Assembly: GCA_963668315.1 (NCBI GenBank)
Contig: OY764216.1
Location: 1,984,001-2,048,000 of the forward strand
Reading direction: 5' to 3'
Source: Spirochaetia bacterium
GTDB lineage: Bacteria; Spirochaetota; Spirochaetia; DSM-2461
DNA length: 64,000 nucleotides
Shown here: positions 1 through 9,001 of the stretch, piece after piece
Layout: each line of letters opens with the position of its first letter
How positions within the stretch are numbered: position 1 is the first letter of the stretch
Program-made: the position numbers and the translations under genes
The notes under the pieces: model-generated
The model's database searches: none
Told to the model about the DNA's origin: nothing
Seen by the model: the letters and a program-made list of their open reading frames with translations, nothing else

Positions 1-572
1 GGAAGTGGCGTCTCTGTTTCGCTAAACCGGGATTTTTCGCTGGCCAGCCCCCCGATGAGCAGGGGAATGTAGCAGACATAGGCATCTTCCTCGTCCCGAT
101 TGTAAATGCAGCCCAGAATCAGTGAGAAAAACATGCCGGAAATGACCCGGGCCGATGAGTCCGTACGCACCCAGCCCTCATCCTGGCCTGTTTTTATAAA
201 ACGGGACATTTTGCTTTTTATCTGACCGTAGTTCTTCCGGTAAAGCTCCTCCAGTTCGGAGTTATGTATTTCCTTGCGCGAGCGGAATATTTCGGTGGTG
301 TTTATCACTTCATCCAGATAGGACAGGAGCTTCTGCACCCTTTCCTGAAAGGGCAGGTCCATATCTATGATGCTCTCCATTCGGCTGATTCTGCTTTGAA
401 AGAAGTACTTGACCATTTGATCTATGAGTTCCTCTTTAGACTGGAAGTGGTTATAGAGTGTCTTCCGGGATACATCCAGATCCTGGGAGAGGGCGGCCAT
501 ACTGAAATTCCTATTCTTGAGAAAATAGTTGACCATACCATCGAGCAGATTCTCTTTTTTTTCTTTCTTCAT
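1..572 (-). CDS. TetR/AcrR family transcriptional regulator (runs off the window edge)
   Basis: Not in ORF track. Manual translation from ATG at 572: MKKEKKENLLDGMVNYFLKNRNFSMAALSQDLDVSRKTLYNHFQSKEEL, a TetR HTH pattern. Confidence 0.85.
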   Translation of the reverse strand, partial: MKKEKKENLLDGMVNYFLKNRNFSMAALSQDLDVSRKTLYNHFQSKEELIDQMVKYFFQSRISRMESIIDMDLPFQERVQKLLSYLDEVINTTEIFRSRKEIHNSELEELYRKNYGQIKSKMSRFIKTGQDEGWVRTDSSARVISGMFFSLILGCIYNRDEEDAYVCYIPLLIGGLASEKSRFSETETPL

Positions 573-721
573 CCTTTTTCTTCTCCCTGCCTTACACAGG
601 TTATAATGGAAATGAGTAAAAATACCCTATTTCTATTGGGCCTCTTAGTCAAGTGAGTCTGGGGAAAATCGAGAAGGCGACGGGGAAAAATGTGTAAAAA
701 TAGAAAAGCCGGGAATATGGG

Positions 722-750
722 TTGACAATTTTTACGCCTTAGTATATCTT
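722..750 (+). promoter_or_regulatory. sigma70 promoter of the tRNA/SRP operon
   Basis: TTGACA (722-727), 17 bp, TATCTT (745-750), 26 nt before the first tRNA. Confidence 0.75.
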
Positions 751-776
751 AGCCTACCGGGAATACCCATGGTTAT

Positions 777-861
777 GGAGGGGTGTCCGAGCGGTTGAAG
801 GAACTGGTCTTGAAAACCAGCGTAGGGAGACCTACCGTGGGTTCGAATCCCACCTCCTCCG
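777..861 (+). tRNA. tRNA-Ser(TGA)
   Basis: Cloverleaf; anticodon arm CTGGT-CTTGAAA-ACCAG, long variable arm, GTTCGAATC; no encoded CCA. Confidence 0.97.
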
Positions 862-957
862 ATATGTTCCGGGACATTTTGTTTCCCGGAGATTCGGCGC
901 GAGCCGATGGTAAAAAAGGATTTTTCATATCCCCTTCGGGATGTGTGAGATAACAAT

Positions 958-1044
958 GGAGAGGTGACCGAGCGGCCGAAGGTGGCACCCTGCTAAGGTG
1001 TTGTACGGGTAACCGTACCGAGGGTTCAAATCCCTCCCTCTCCG
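958..1044 (+). tRNA. tRNA-Ser(GCT)
   Basis: Anticodon loop CTGCTAA, long variable arm, GTTCAAATC. Confidence 0.97.
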
Positions 1045-1101
1045 ATCGGAAGTGAGAGGACTTTGTGAGCTTGGTGATTGTGACTCTCTCCTTCCAAATG
1101 A

Positions 1102-1175
1102 GTGCCCATAGCTCAGCTGGATAGAGCATTAGATTGCGGATCTAAAGGTCGGAGGTTCGAATCCTCTTGGGCATA
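1102..1175 (+). tRNA. tRNA-Arg(GCG)
   Basis: Anticodon arm TTAGA-TTGCGGA-TCTAA; D-arm GCTCAGCTGGATAGAGC. Confidence 0.95.
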
Positions 1176-1184
1176 TGAGCTGTT

Positions 1185-1272
1185 GGAGAGATGCGAGAGC
1201 GGTTGAATCGGGCGGACTCGAAATCCGTTGTACAGTCTTGCTGTACCGAGGGTTCGAATCCCTCTCTCTCCG
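1185..1272 (+). tRNA. tRNA-Ser(CGA)
   Basis: Anticodon arm GCGGA-CTCGAAA-TCCGT, long variable arm. Confidence 0.97.
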
Positions 1273-1410
1273 AAAGGGTGAAAATTTCACCCTATGGAAA
1301 GAGGGAATTATGGTTCTCGCGATCCGACAGAAGCTGGATTTATTCAGCTTCAAATCCGGAAAAGACGGGTTTATCCTGTCTTCGACGGCATAAAAGTATA
1401 GTTTTTTTTG

Positions 1411-1495
<85 letters not shown>

Positions 1496-1501
1496 TATTT
1501 T

Positions 1502-1603
1502 ACCCTTCAGGCCCCGTGCAATTGGTTATCGCCCAACCGGGTCAGGTCCGGAAGGAAGCAGCCCTCAGCGACCGATCAATGTGCCACGGATCGCTTGAGG
1601 GGT
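1502..1603 (+). ncRNA. ffs: small SRP RNA (4.5S)
   Basis: Domain IV motif GTCAGGTCCGGAAGGAAGCAGCC; ends pair (CCCTTCAGG/CTTGAGGGG) and are followed by a T run. Confidence 0.93.
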
Positions 1604-1653
1604 TTTTTTTATTCTGCCGTATACCCTTTTCGGGAGCGGCCTTATTTCCATTG

Positions 1654-2139
1654 TCAGTCGAATCTCTTCTCATACTCATACAGCGTGAAACGGCTCTCCA
1701 GTTTTCCGGTACCCACCGATCCTATTCTCTTTTCCCCTGTCTTGACGAATCCGTTTTTTTCATAAAAATGATGATTCCTGTAGCTTTTGTAGGGGGTATC
1801 CAGGCTGATTTTTCTGCACCCGGCCGTCAGCTTTTCCATCTCTCCCAGGAGGATTGTCCCCAGGCCACTGTTCTGATTCTCCCTGTCGATCCAGAGTCTC
1901 ATTAATCTATACTCCCCAGCCTTAATCTGCTGAAGGTACATCCCTCCGATAATTACCTTCCCGAGATAGAAGGTATAGCATAGATCATCCTTTATGCGGT
2001 TTTCAATTTCTGGTTCGGGAGTCTCTCCGTAAGGTGCTTCTCCGTAGAGTACCGCATCTTCCTCAAAGGCGTCTTTCATCGTTTCCGCCAGTTCCGTGAT
2101 CTCATGGTAAGCTGATTTTCTGACAGCAAGGTGATCCAT
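1654..2139 (-). CDS. GNAT family N-acetyltransferase
   Basis: Motif A QNSGLGT, NHHFYEKNGF; abuts the response regulator. Confidence 0.85.
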   Translation of the reverse strand: MDHLAVRKSAYHEITELAETMKDAFEEDAVLYGEAPYGETPEPEIENRIKDDLCYTFYLGKVIIGGMYLQQIKAGEYRLMRLWIDRENQNSGLGTILLGEMEKLTAGCRKISLDTPYKSYRNHHFYEKNGFVKTGEKRIGSVGTGKLESRFTLYEYEKRFD

Positions 2140-3483
2140 TTATAACTCCAGTCCGTATTCCTGAATTTTGTAGATAATCGTCCGACGGGATATTCCCAGT
2201 TCTCCCGCCGCCTTCGTCCTGTTTCCTTCCCAGCGGTGGAGGGCTTCTATTATGGCAATTTTCTCCCGTTCCTTCAGGGTGAGGCTCTCTGTCCGGGAAA
2301 TGGGTACAGGCCGGTCGGTTTTCTCTTTCGTCAGGGAAAGGCGGGGAATATCCAGATCCTCGGACATAAGCAGTTCCTTCTCTGTGAATATCAGGCTTCG
2401 TTCCAGGATGTTTTCCAGCTCCCGGATATTGCCGGGAAAGGAGTAGTTCAGAAGCTTGTCCACCGCTTCCGGGCTCAGGTCTCTCACGGCCCGGCCCATG
2501 CGGCGGTTAAGCTTCTGGATTATGAGAACCGTCAGGGGGATTATATCCTCCCGTCTCTCGCGCAGAGGGGGAAGGGCAAGGCGGACTACATTAAGGCGGT
2601 AGTAAAGGTCTTCCCTGAAACGGCCTTCCCTGACTTCCTCTTCCAGATCGCGGTTCGTTGCGGCCACGATCCTCACATCTATGGGAATATCCTGTATTCC
2701 CCCCAGACGGCGTACCTTGCGTTCCTGGAGGACCCTTAAGAGCTTAACCTGCAGGGAGAGGGGCATGTCACCGATCTCATCCAGAAAAAGCGTTCCCCCC
2801 ACCGCTGTTTCAAAGAGCCCCAGCTTTCTTGATTCCGCCCCGGTGAACGCTCCCTTCTCATACCCGAAGAGTTCGCTCTCCAGGAGATTTTCCGGGACGC
2901 CCCCGATATTAATGGCGACGAAGGGCCCCTGGGACACGGGGGAGAGTTCGTGGATATGGCGGGCCGTCACCTCCTTTCCCGAACCGCTTTCCCCGGTTAT
3001 GAGAATATTGGAAAGTGTTTTCGCCGCCTTATTGAGAAGAATATCCAGTTTTTTCATAACCGGCGACTGGGATATGAAATTCTCTTCATCCCTCAGCTTC
3101 TCCTTCTCTATGAGTTTCCGCCCCCGGCGGAATTCGCCCAGCCGGGTTATTCTGAAGATCAGTTCATCCATATTAAAGGGTTTGGTAATGTAATCGTAAG
3201 CCCCTTTTTTCATGGCTTCCACGGCATCGTTTATCTGGCCGTGGGCAGAAATCATGATGACCGGCAGACTCAGGTCTTCGCCCTTTATCCATTCAAGGAG
3301 TTCATTCCCGTCCATTCCGGGCATTTTCAGATCCAGAACCGCCGCGTCGTAGTAGTTCTCTCTCATCATCCTCTGGGCCGAAAGGCCGTTCTCCGCGCCG
3401 TCGGCCCGGTGTCCTTCCAGCTCCATATACTTGATAAGGGTTTCCCGGATGTTTTTTTCATCGTCTGCGATCAGTATTTTCAT
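2140..3483 (-). CDS. sigma-54-dependent response regulator (NtrC/AtoC family)
   Basis: REC domain, GESGSGKE Walker A, GAFTGA, C-terminal Fis HTH. Confidence 0.95.
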   Translation of the reverse strand: MKILIADDEKNIRETLIKYMELEGHRADGAENGLSAQRMMRENYYDAAVLDLKMPGMDGNELLEWIKGEDLSLPVIMISAHGQINDAVEAMKKGAYDYITKPFNMDELIFRITRLGEFRRGRKLIEKEKLRDEENFISQSPVMKKLDILLNKAAKTLSNILITGESGSGKEVTARHIHELSPVSQGPFVAINIGGVPENLLESELFGYEKGAFTGAESRKLGLFETAVGGTLFLDEIGDMPLSLQVKLLRVLQERKVRRLGGIQDIPIDVRIVAATNRDLEEEVREGRFREDLYYRLNVVRLALPPLRERREDIIPLTVLIIQKLNRRMGRAVRDLSPEAVDKLLNYSFPGNIRELENILERSLIFTEKELLMSEDLDIPRLSLTKEKTDRPVPISRTESLTLKEREKIAIIEALHRWEGNRTKAAGELGISRRTIIYKIQEYGLEL

Positions 3484-4799
3484 TTATGCCTCTTCAGTAT
3501 CACGGTAATCTCGGTTCCCTTTCCCTCTTCCGATCTGATGCGTATGGTTCCGCCCGCCGCTTCTATGAAACGCTTGGTGACGGCCAGCCCCACGCCGGAA
3601 CCGCGGGATTTGCTGGTGAAGAAGGGGTCGAAAATCTTTTTCAGATGCTCTTCGGGAATTCCCAGCCCCCTGTCTTTCACGCGGATTCCCGTTTTTCCGC
3701 CGGAAAGTTCCAAGTATATATGAATATTATGGAATTCCGAACCGCTTTCCAGTGCATTGTTCACCAGATTGTCGATGACCGATCGGAATCTCTCCCTGTC
3801 CATCATAAGGGTCGCCGAAGAGGCGGGGATATGCCAGTTCAGTTCGGAGGGGAAGCGGAGGCGGGCCTTATCCAGTTCCCGCGCCGGATCCAGGCTTTCG
3901 CTGATTCCCTGGGGATCCTTGAGAAAGTCGGATATCCAGGAGATGAGGGAGGTCATCCTTTCCACTTCGCTCCGGATGATATGGGTCTCCCTCGCTACCG
4001 TGTCTCCGGTCAGTTTATTAATAAGGGGAAGCTGGAGGTAAATGGAGCCGAGGGGGTTTTTCATTTCATGGGATATCGTCCTTACCGCCGTTCCGAGCAG
4101 CACCAGGTTTTTCTGTTCGTTCAGCTGTCTCTGACTCTTCATGAACCGGTGGAATATGACGGCCGATCCCGATGTGAAGACGGCCAGAAGCAGGGGGACC
4201 AGGGTTATCATGAGAAGCATATTGTTCCTGACCGGATTGTTGCGGCTGTACCAGTAATCATCGGATTTAATATAGAGAATAATCCATTCGTCGTCGTTGA
4301 TGGTATCCAGGCTGTGGCGGAATATATCCAGCGATTCCACCAGCGGCCGGGGAAGGGGGAAATGGGGTTCCGAATTCTCCCTGTCCCCCTCTTCCACCGA
4401 GAAAACCCTCTGGTTGGGACGGGTGAGGGGAGGGACGGCTCTGATATAGGTCAGGGACTTGTCCTCCCGGCCGTAGCTGATATGGAGCCTGTCGTCGATG
4501 GCAAAATCCTCCAGGTAAGGGGGCACATGGCCATGGGCAAAAACGGACTTGCCGGCGGCGTCGAAAATTCCGATACCCTGAATATTCTCTTCCAGCCAGC
4601 TGTTCTTTTCCGAATTATGCAGAAAGTAATTGATGCTGAAGTCCGTCAGCTGCCTCTCCACGTACTGCTCCATCTGGTATTTGCCTATCTCCCGGACCGT
4701 CCGCGCATAGATCATGAGGACCGAAACCGTTATGACAAAGAGGAGAACCATGGCCAGGTCATAGAGAAGTTCGGGGAAATTGTATCTGTTTCTGTTCAA
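3480..4799 (-). CDS. sensor histidine kinase
   Basis: Two TM segments, HEMKNPL H-box, N/G1/F/G2 boxes; TTG start after AGGAG. Confidence 0.92.
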   Translation of the reverse strand: MNRNRYNFPELLYDLAMVLLFVITVSVLMIYARTVREIGKYQMEQYVERQLTDFSINYFLHNSEKNSWLEENIQGIGIFDAAGKSVFAHGHVPPYLEDFAIDDRLHISYGREDKSLTYIRAVPPLTRPNQRVFSVEEGDRENSEPHFPLPRPLVESLDIFRHSLDTINDDEWIILYIKSDDYWYSRNNPVRNNMLLMITLVPLLLAVFTSGSAVIFHRFMKSQRQLNEQKNLVLLGTAVRTISHEMKNPLGSIYLQLPLINKLTGDTVARETHIIRSEVERMTSLISWISDFLKDPQGISESLDPARELDKARLRFPSELNWHIPASSATLMMDRERFRSVIDNLVNNALESGSEFHNIHIYLELSGGKTGIRVKDRGLGIPEEHLKKIFDPFFTSKSRGSGVGLAVTKRFIEAAGGTIRIRSEEGKGTEITVILKRHK

Positions 4800-4826
4800 T
4801 TGAGTACTCCTGATTCTCTCCTGTAA

Positions 4827-4842
4827 TGCAAGAAGCTTGCCG
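4827..4842 (-). promoter_or_regulatory. sigma-54 (-24/-12) promoter of the HK-RR-GNAT operon
   Basis: Minus strand CGGCAAGCTTCTTGCA = GG-N10-GC, close to TGGCAC-N5-TTGCA. Confidence 0.7.
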
Positions 4843-4922
4843 TTTCCCGTGCAAAAAATTCCCGGTTTAACGGATATCCGAGTAAATAATGCGCAGTAAA
4901 AAGATACCGGTATGCAAAAATA

Positions 4923-6074
4923 TTACAGCAGATCCCACATCACTTTCTGATCCAGATTCACCGGGCGACGATTGTCCGCCAGCCTTCTTGTCAGGTAGTC
5001 CCTGTCCAGTTCCAGTTTCTCCACAAGGCGGATAAGCTGGTCCTCGGTCAGAAGATTCTGTTCGGCGAAGAGAAAAATCAGCGCCCGTTCGGCGATAAGG
5101 GGAACTTTGAGGGCGTTCAGGTTGACGCGCAGTTCCTCGTCCCGGTCGTATCTCTCATGAAGCTGTATATAGAGCTGGGAGGCGGGGAGATTGTTCTTTA
5201 TATTGTACAGTTCCTCAAGCAGGGGATCGATCTCTCCCGAAGCGGCCTTTTCTCCCAGGGGTTTCAGGGTCAGATAGGTGTACTCCTTTCCGGGGAGGTA
5301 GTGATGCTTGTCGCAGCGGGTGCAGTAGTTCGGCTCCAGGGGGCTGTCCTTGTGGGAGTCTCCCCCCACGATGATCAGCGGATCGAAGAAGAGGGCCGGA
5401 CACTCGACGCCGTTGACGGAGTAGTAGCGGTAAGTGTAGAAGGAGTCGACGATGCAGTCCTCATGCTCGCAGTAGGCTGTCAGGGGAATGATCTCCGTGG
5501 CCGTTTCCAGGAGCAGCCGGGCGGTGTGATTGAAGATGTCCTTGCGGAAATTAAGAATGAGGGTGGGGAAGAGAAAATTCCTGCCCCCCTTTTTGGAGGA
5601 ATTGGTCACCACATAGGCGATCCTCTCGTCATAGAAGGAGGCTTCGTCTATGACCCAGGTCCCGGCGGACGGGGTCTTTTCCAGAATCTCCTCCAGCCCG
5701 AAGGAGTCGGAAATATGGGCTATCGAGTCGCCCAGCCTTTCAAAGCCCCCCCGGTAGGCCAGGGCGTCATCGGGATACTGGGGAAAGCGGCCCTTATCCA
5801 GCATGGAGCGGATAAAGAATACCCGCCTCCTGTCCGCCTGTCCCGTGGTGGTCTGTTCCGCCACTCGGGGAGATTTCTTCAGGGCCACCAGGGAGTCACG
5901 CCAGATCCGGGAGGAAAACTCCGTTTTTCCCGAACCCATGGGGCCGATGACCAGAATCCTCCGGCCGCTCTGGGTAAAATCGAAGTGGTCCAGAGTTTCA
6001 TGTACCATAAGGGCGGGAAATCCCAGGCTCTTGAGAAGAATTTGGGTCTGCTGCTCCATGGGGGTTAACGCCAT
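4923..6074 (-). CDS. tdk: thymidine kinase (long form)
   Basis: GPMGSGKT P-loop, DEASF, Zn ligands CEHEDC and CTRC; SD GAGGAG. Confidence 0.85.
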   Translation of the reverse strand: MALTPMEQQTQILLKSLGFPALMVHETLDHFDFTQSGRRILVIGPMGSGKTEFSSRIWRDSLVALKKSPRVAEQTTTGQADRRRVFFIRSMLDKGRFPQYPDDALAYRGGFERLGDSIAHISDSFGLEEILEKTPSAGTWVIDEASFYDERIAYVVTNSSKKGGRNFLFPTLILNFRKDIFNHTARLLLETATEIIPLTAYCEHEDCIVDSFYTYRYYSVNGVECPALFFDPLIIVGGDSHKDSPLEPNYCTRCDKHHYLPGKEYTYLTLKPLGEKAASGEIDPLLEELYNIKNNLPASQLYIQLHERYDRDEELRVNLNALKVPLIAERALIFLFAEQNLLTEDQLIRLVEKLELDRDYLTRRLADNRRPVNLDQKVMWDLL

Positions 6075-6285
6075 ATAGTCACTCCTCGGGCTCCCTGCTG
6101 AGGGGGACCTGTTTATCTTGGGTATAGTGTAGAGGGTCCGGGTTTCTACCGGGTGCGCCTCCTGCGGTTAGAGACCCGAATTACGGGTCCGAACGTGTAA
6201 CCCCTTCCGACGCCTTTCTGCGCGAAGACGGCATAGTGGTAATTAGTCAGCGGAAGAGAGAGCACCGATCATGGTGGCCATTATA
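6075..6285 (-). promoter_or_regulatory. tdk promoter and structured 5' leader with 9-codon uORF (candidate cis-regulatory RNA)
   Basis: TATAAT at 6280-6285; ATG at 6272 opens MIGALSSAD* (6243-6272); several helices, including 5'/3' long-range pairing. Confidence 0.5.
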
Positions 6286-6379
6286 GCCGCATTGGGGGAT
6301 TTTTTCAGCAGATTTGCGGAAAAAACGGGAAAAATCCTTTATGCTTACAAAAGATATAGGAAGTAAAGGGGTGTTTTCC

Positions 6380-9001
6380 ATGGGACGGTTATCGGACATT
6401 CTACCCGAAGGAGAAAGAATTCCTCGGATGAAAAAAATGGAGGATCTGCTGAGGCGCATCTACGGCGACGAGAAAGGAAAAGAGCGCTGCGTCTGGCTTA
6501 TCGACAGGATGGAGGCCTATCTCTCGTCTCTTCCGGCGGAGCGGATTGAGTCTCAGGCGGGCTTTGACCGGAACAAACCCTACGATCATCTGGCGGGAAA
6601 GGTATTCGTCATCGCCTACCCGGACAATGTATACGATGACGGGAACCGGACGCTCAAGACGCTCCATCAGGTCCTTTCCACCCGTTTCCCCGCCGTCGGA
6701 GGCGTGCATATCCTGCCGGAGCGGCCCATCAGTCACGGGGATATCTGGCCCCAGGACCTTTTTGATCTTACCGATCCGGGCAGGGCCCTTGCTGCGGTGG
6801 AGGAGCTGCAGCGGACGGGTTACCTCGATGAGAACCGCCGTGTCACGTCCCTCTGGGAGGAGAGCCCGGAACAGCTGGCCTCTCTGGACATACCCGGCCT
6901 GGAAGAGATTTTCCGCCAGGCCTGGAACTCCCATTTCAATGACGGCGGATTTTCCCAGAAAAGCCGGGACAGGGTGGACCCCCGCTTCGGTACGGCCGAA
7001 GATATCGCCCGTCTCGCCGGAGACTACGCGGTCATGCTGGATTACGTGGTGAACCATCTCGATTCGGACAGCGATGCCCTGGAAGCCTACAGGAGGGGAG
7101 AGGGAAGGGGAGACGCTTTCATTATCATCGATCCCGCCGAATACGAACACATAAAGCGGGAGGGACTTCTCGACGCGGCCTTCCGTCCCCGTCCCTTTCC
7201 CCTTTTCACGGGTATGAGAAAGTATCCCGGGGGCAGGCCGGCCGAGGCAAAGGATTGTGTCGCCGCCATGAACCGCCGCTTTACCGATGCCGGACTGAAG
7301 GCGGTTGATCCCGAGGTTCTCCTGATTATGTCCCTCTGGTTCAAAATGGTGAACGACCAGGGGCTGACCGCATCCGACGACAGAATCTACCGGAGCTTTC
7401 TCAAATGGACGGCCAAAAGAAAAATCGACAGGGACGCTTTTTCCCGGGATTCGGAAATTCAGAGCGGCCGGAGAGTTCTTACGGGGAGGGCCGCGGAGAG
7501 TCTGGAAGGTTTCGCCTCGTCCCTGGGGCTTTCCGAGGAGTACGGCAGAATCTTCAGAGAAGAGCAGGACGGGATATTCGGGGAGATTTTCTATGTCTAT
7601 ACAACCTTTTCCGAGTCTCAGGCCGATGTGAACCCCCTGAGCGATGAGGGATTCCATATGATATTTGACGATATGTTCTCCCTCATGGCCGACGGCGATC
7701 TGGCGATGATGCGCATGGATGCGATCAAGTATCTCTGGAAGGAGATAGGGAAGCGTAATTTCGACATGGAAGAGGGCAATCTTCTTATTCAGGTGATACG
7801 CCTTGCCCTGGAACTGACCGCTCCCCGCATCCGCCCCCTGGACGAGGTGAACAGCCCCGATCCGGTGGTGTATTCCATGGGCCGGGAAGGGGGATTTTAC
7901 TATCTCTTCGGCCAGGTGAATGGAGTGGCCGCCGCTTTCAATGAAAGAAGCCTGGCCCCCCTGGAACGGCTGAACGAGATGATGGAGGAGCAGCGTGCCG
8001 GCAACCTGGTGCTTTTTGTCATGCTCAGCACCCACGACGGCCGTTCCGTGCAGGGGCTCGGTGTGGACCGGACGGACGGCCATGTCTCCATCAGGGACTT
8101 CTACCGCCTTCAGAAAATCATCGAGGACCGGGGAGGCCGGCCCAAGTTCCGCTCCGTTCCGGCGGGTACGATACCCCGGGACACTTTCCATAAAATCTGC
8201 CATGAGCTTATCTGGGACGAGCATCGCGATGTTCTGGCGAGTCTTTTCCATCACGAGGGTGAGATTATGACCCTGCGGGAGAAGCAGAGCCGTGATTCGT
8301 TTCTGTCGGCCCTGTCCGATATAACGGGAGAACCGCCGGAGGAACTGGCGGAGAAGCCTCCGGTGGATTTCTGGCTGAACTGGACGATAGACGGGAAAAC
8401 GCCCTACGAACTGTGCGCGACATCCCGCTGCGCCTTTACCCTGGAGGGGATAGAATCTCCGGAACAGGAGGCCCGCCGGCTGGCCCTGGCCCAGCTCTAT
8501 GTGCTGACCATGGAGCAGGCGGTACCCGCCGTTTATATGAATGATCTCTGGGGGCTGGAAAACGACGAAGAGGGCTATGCCCTGAGCGGTAGGCCCCGTG
8601 ATCTGAACCGGCATAAATCCCACATCAGTGAGCTGGACTTCGATCATGATCCCTTCCGCAAGGCATATGTGCCCCTTATGAATCGGTTTATCGCCCTGCG
8701 CTCCGAAGACAGGGCTTTCTATCCGGGGGACGGCCATTTCGAATTCCTCTCACCGGGGGAAACGGTTTTCCTCAATCACGCCTTCGCCGGAGGGGAGCAC
8801 TCCTTTATCATGGGCAATATCTCCCCCGAACCGGCCGAAGTTCTTCTTCCCGTGGAAGAGCTGGAGGGAATAGAGAAACATGTGGGAAGAATGGAGGACC
8901 TTATTACGGGGGAACGTTTTACTCTCTCCTCGGGGGAACTGCATCTTATCATGGACGGATTCCAGGTCCGATGGTTTAAAATCCTTTCCGGAGGGGTATG
9001 A
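6380..9001 (+). CDS. GH13_18 sucrose/glucosylglycerate phosphorylase-like protein with large insertions
   Basis: DGGFS, DYVVNH, RPRPFPL, TTFSESQADVN, RMDAIKYLWKE, DEVN, THDG, PYEL motifs; 873 aa from ATG 6380. Confidence 0.8.
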   Translation: MGRLSDILPEGERIPRMKKMEDLLRRIYGDEKGKERCVWLIDRMEAYLSSLPAERIESQAGFDRNKPYDHLAGKVFVIAYPDNVYDDGNRTLKTLHQVLSTRFPAVGGVHILPERPISHGDIWPQDLFDLTDPGRALAAVEELQRTGYLDENRRVTSLWEESPEQLASLDIPGLEEIFRQAWNSHFNDGGFSQKSRDRVDPRFGTAEDIARLAGDYAVMLDYVVNHLDSDSDALEAYRRGEGRGDAFIIIDPAEYEHIKREGLLDAAFRPRPFPLFTGMRKYPGGRPAEAKDCVAAMNRRFTDAGLKAVDPEVLLIMSLWFKMVNDQGLTASDDRIYRSFLKWTAKRKIDRDAFSRDSEIQSGRRVLTGRAAESLEGFASSLGLSEEYGRIFREEQDGIFGEIFYVYTTFSESQADVNPLSDEGFHMIFDDMFSLMADGDLAMMRMDAIKYLWKEIGKRNFDMEEGNLLIQVIRLALELTAPRIRPLDEVNSPDPVVYSMGREGGFYYLFGQVNGVAAAFNERSLAPLERLNEMMEEQRAGNLVLFVMLSTHDGRSVQGLGVDRTDGHVSIRDFYRLQKIIEDRGGRPKFRSVPAGTIPRDTFHKICHELIWDEHRDVLASLFHHEGEIMTLREKQSRDSFLSALSDITGEPPEELAEKPPVDFWLNWTIDGKTPYELCATSRCAFTLEGIESPEQEARRLALAQLYVLTMEQAVPAVYMNDLWGLENDEEGYALSGRPRDLNRHKSHISELDFDHDPFRKAYVPLMNRFIALRSEDRAFYPGDGHFEFLSPGETVFLNHAFAGGEHSFIMGNISPEPAEVLLPVEELEGIEKHVGRMEDLITGERFTLSSGELHLIMDGFQVRWFKILSGGV

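Noticed and set aside
264..656. 130-aa plus-strand ORF
   Set aside because: Antisense to the TetR gene, which has the recognisable HTH.
6121..6165. GTTTCTACC resembling the purine riboswitch J2/3 segment
   Set aside because: It is on the strand opposite to tdk, and the TATAAT/ATATGG and CCGTAAA loop motifs are missing.
6085..6272. Firm assignment of the tdk leader as 6S RNA
   Set aside because: Size and rod shape fit, but I see no clear 6S conserved motifs or zapA/ygfA/rny context; kept only as an alternative hypothesis.
6401..8737. Long antisense ORFs (778 aa here; also 13302-15137, 19602-21098, 3486-4826, 24348-25583)
   Set aside because: Shadow frames of real genes in GC-rich DNA, with no recognisable motifs.
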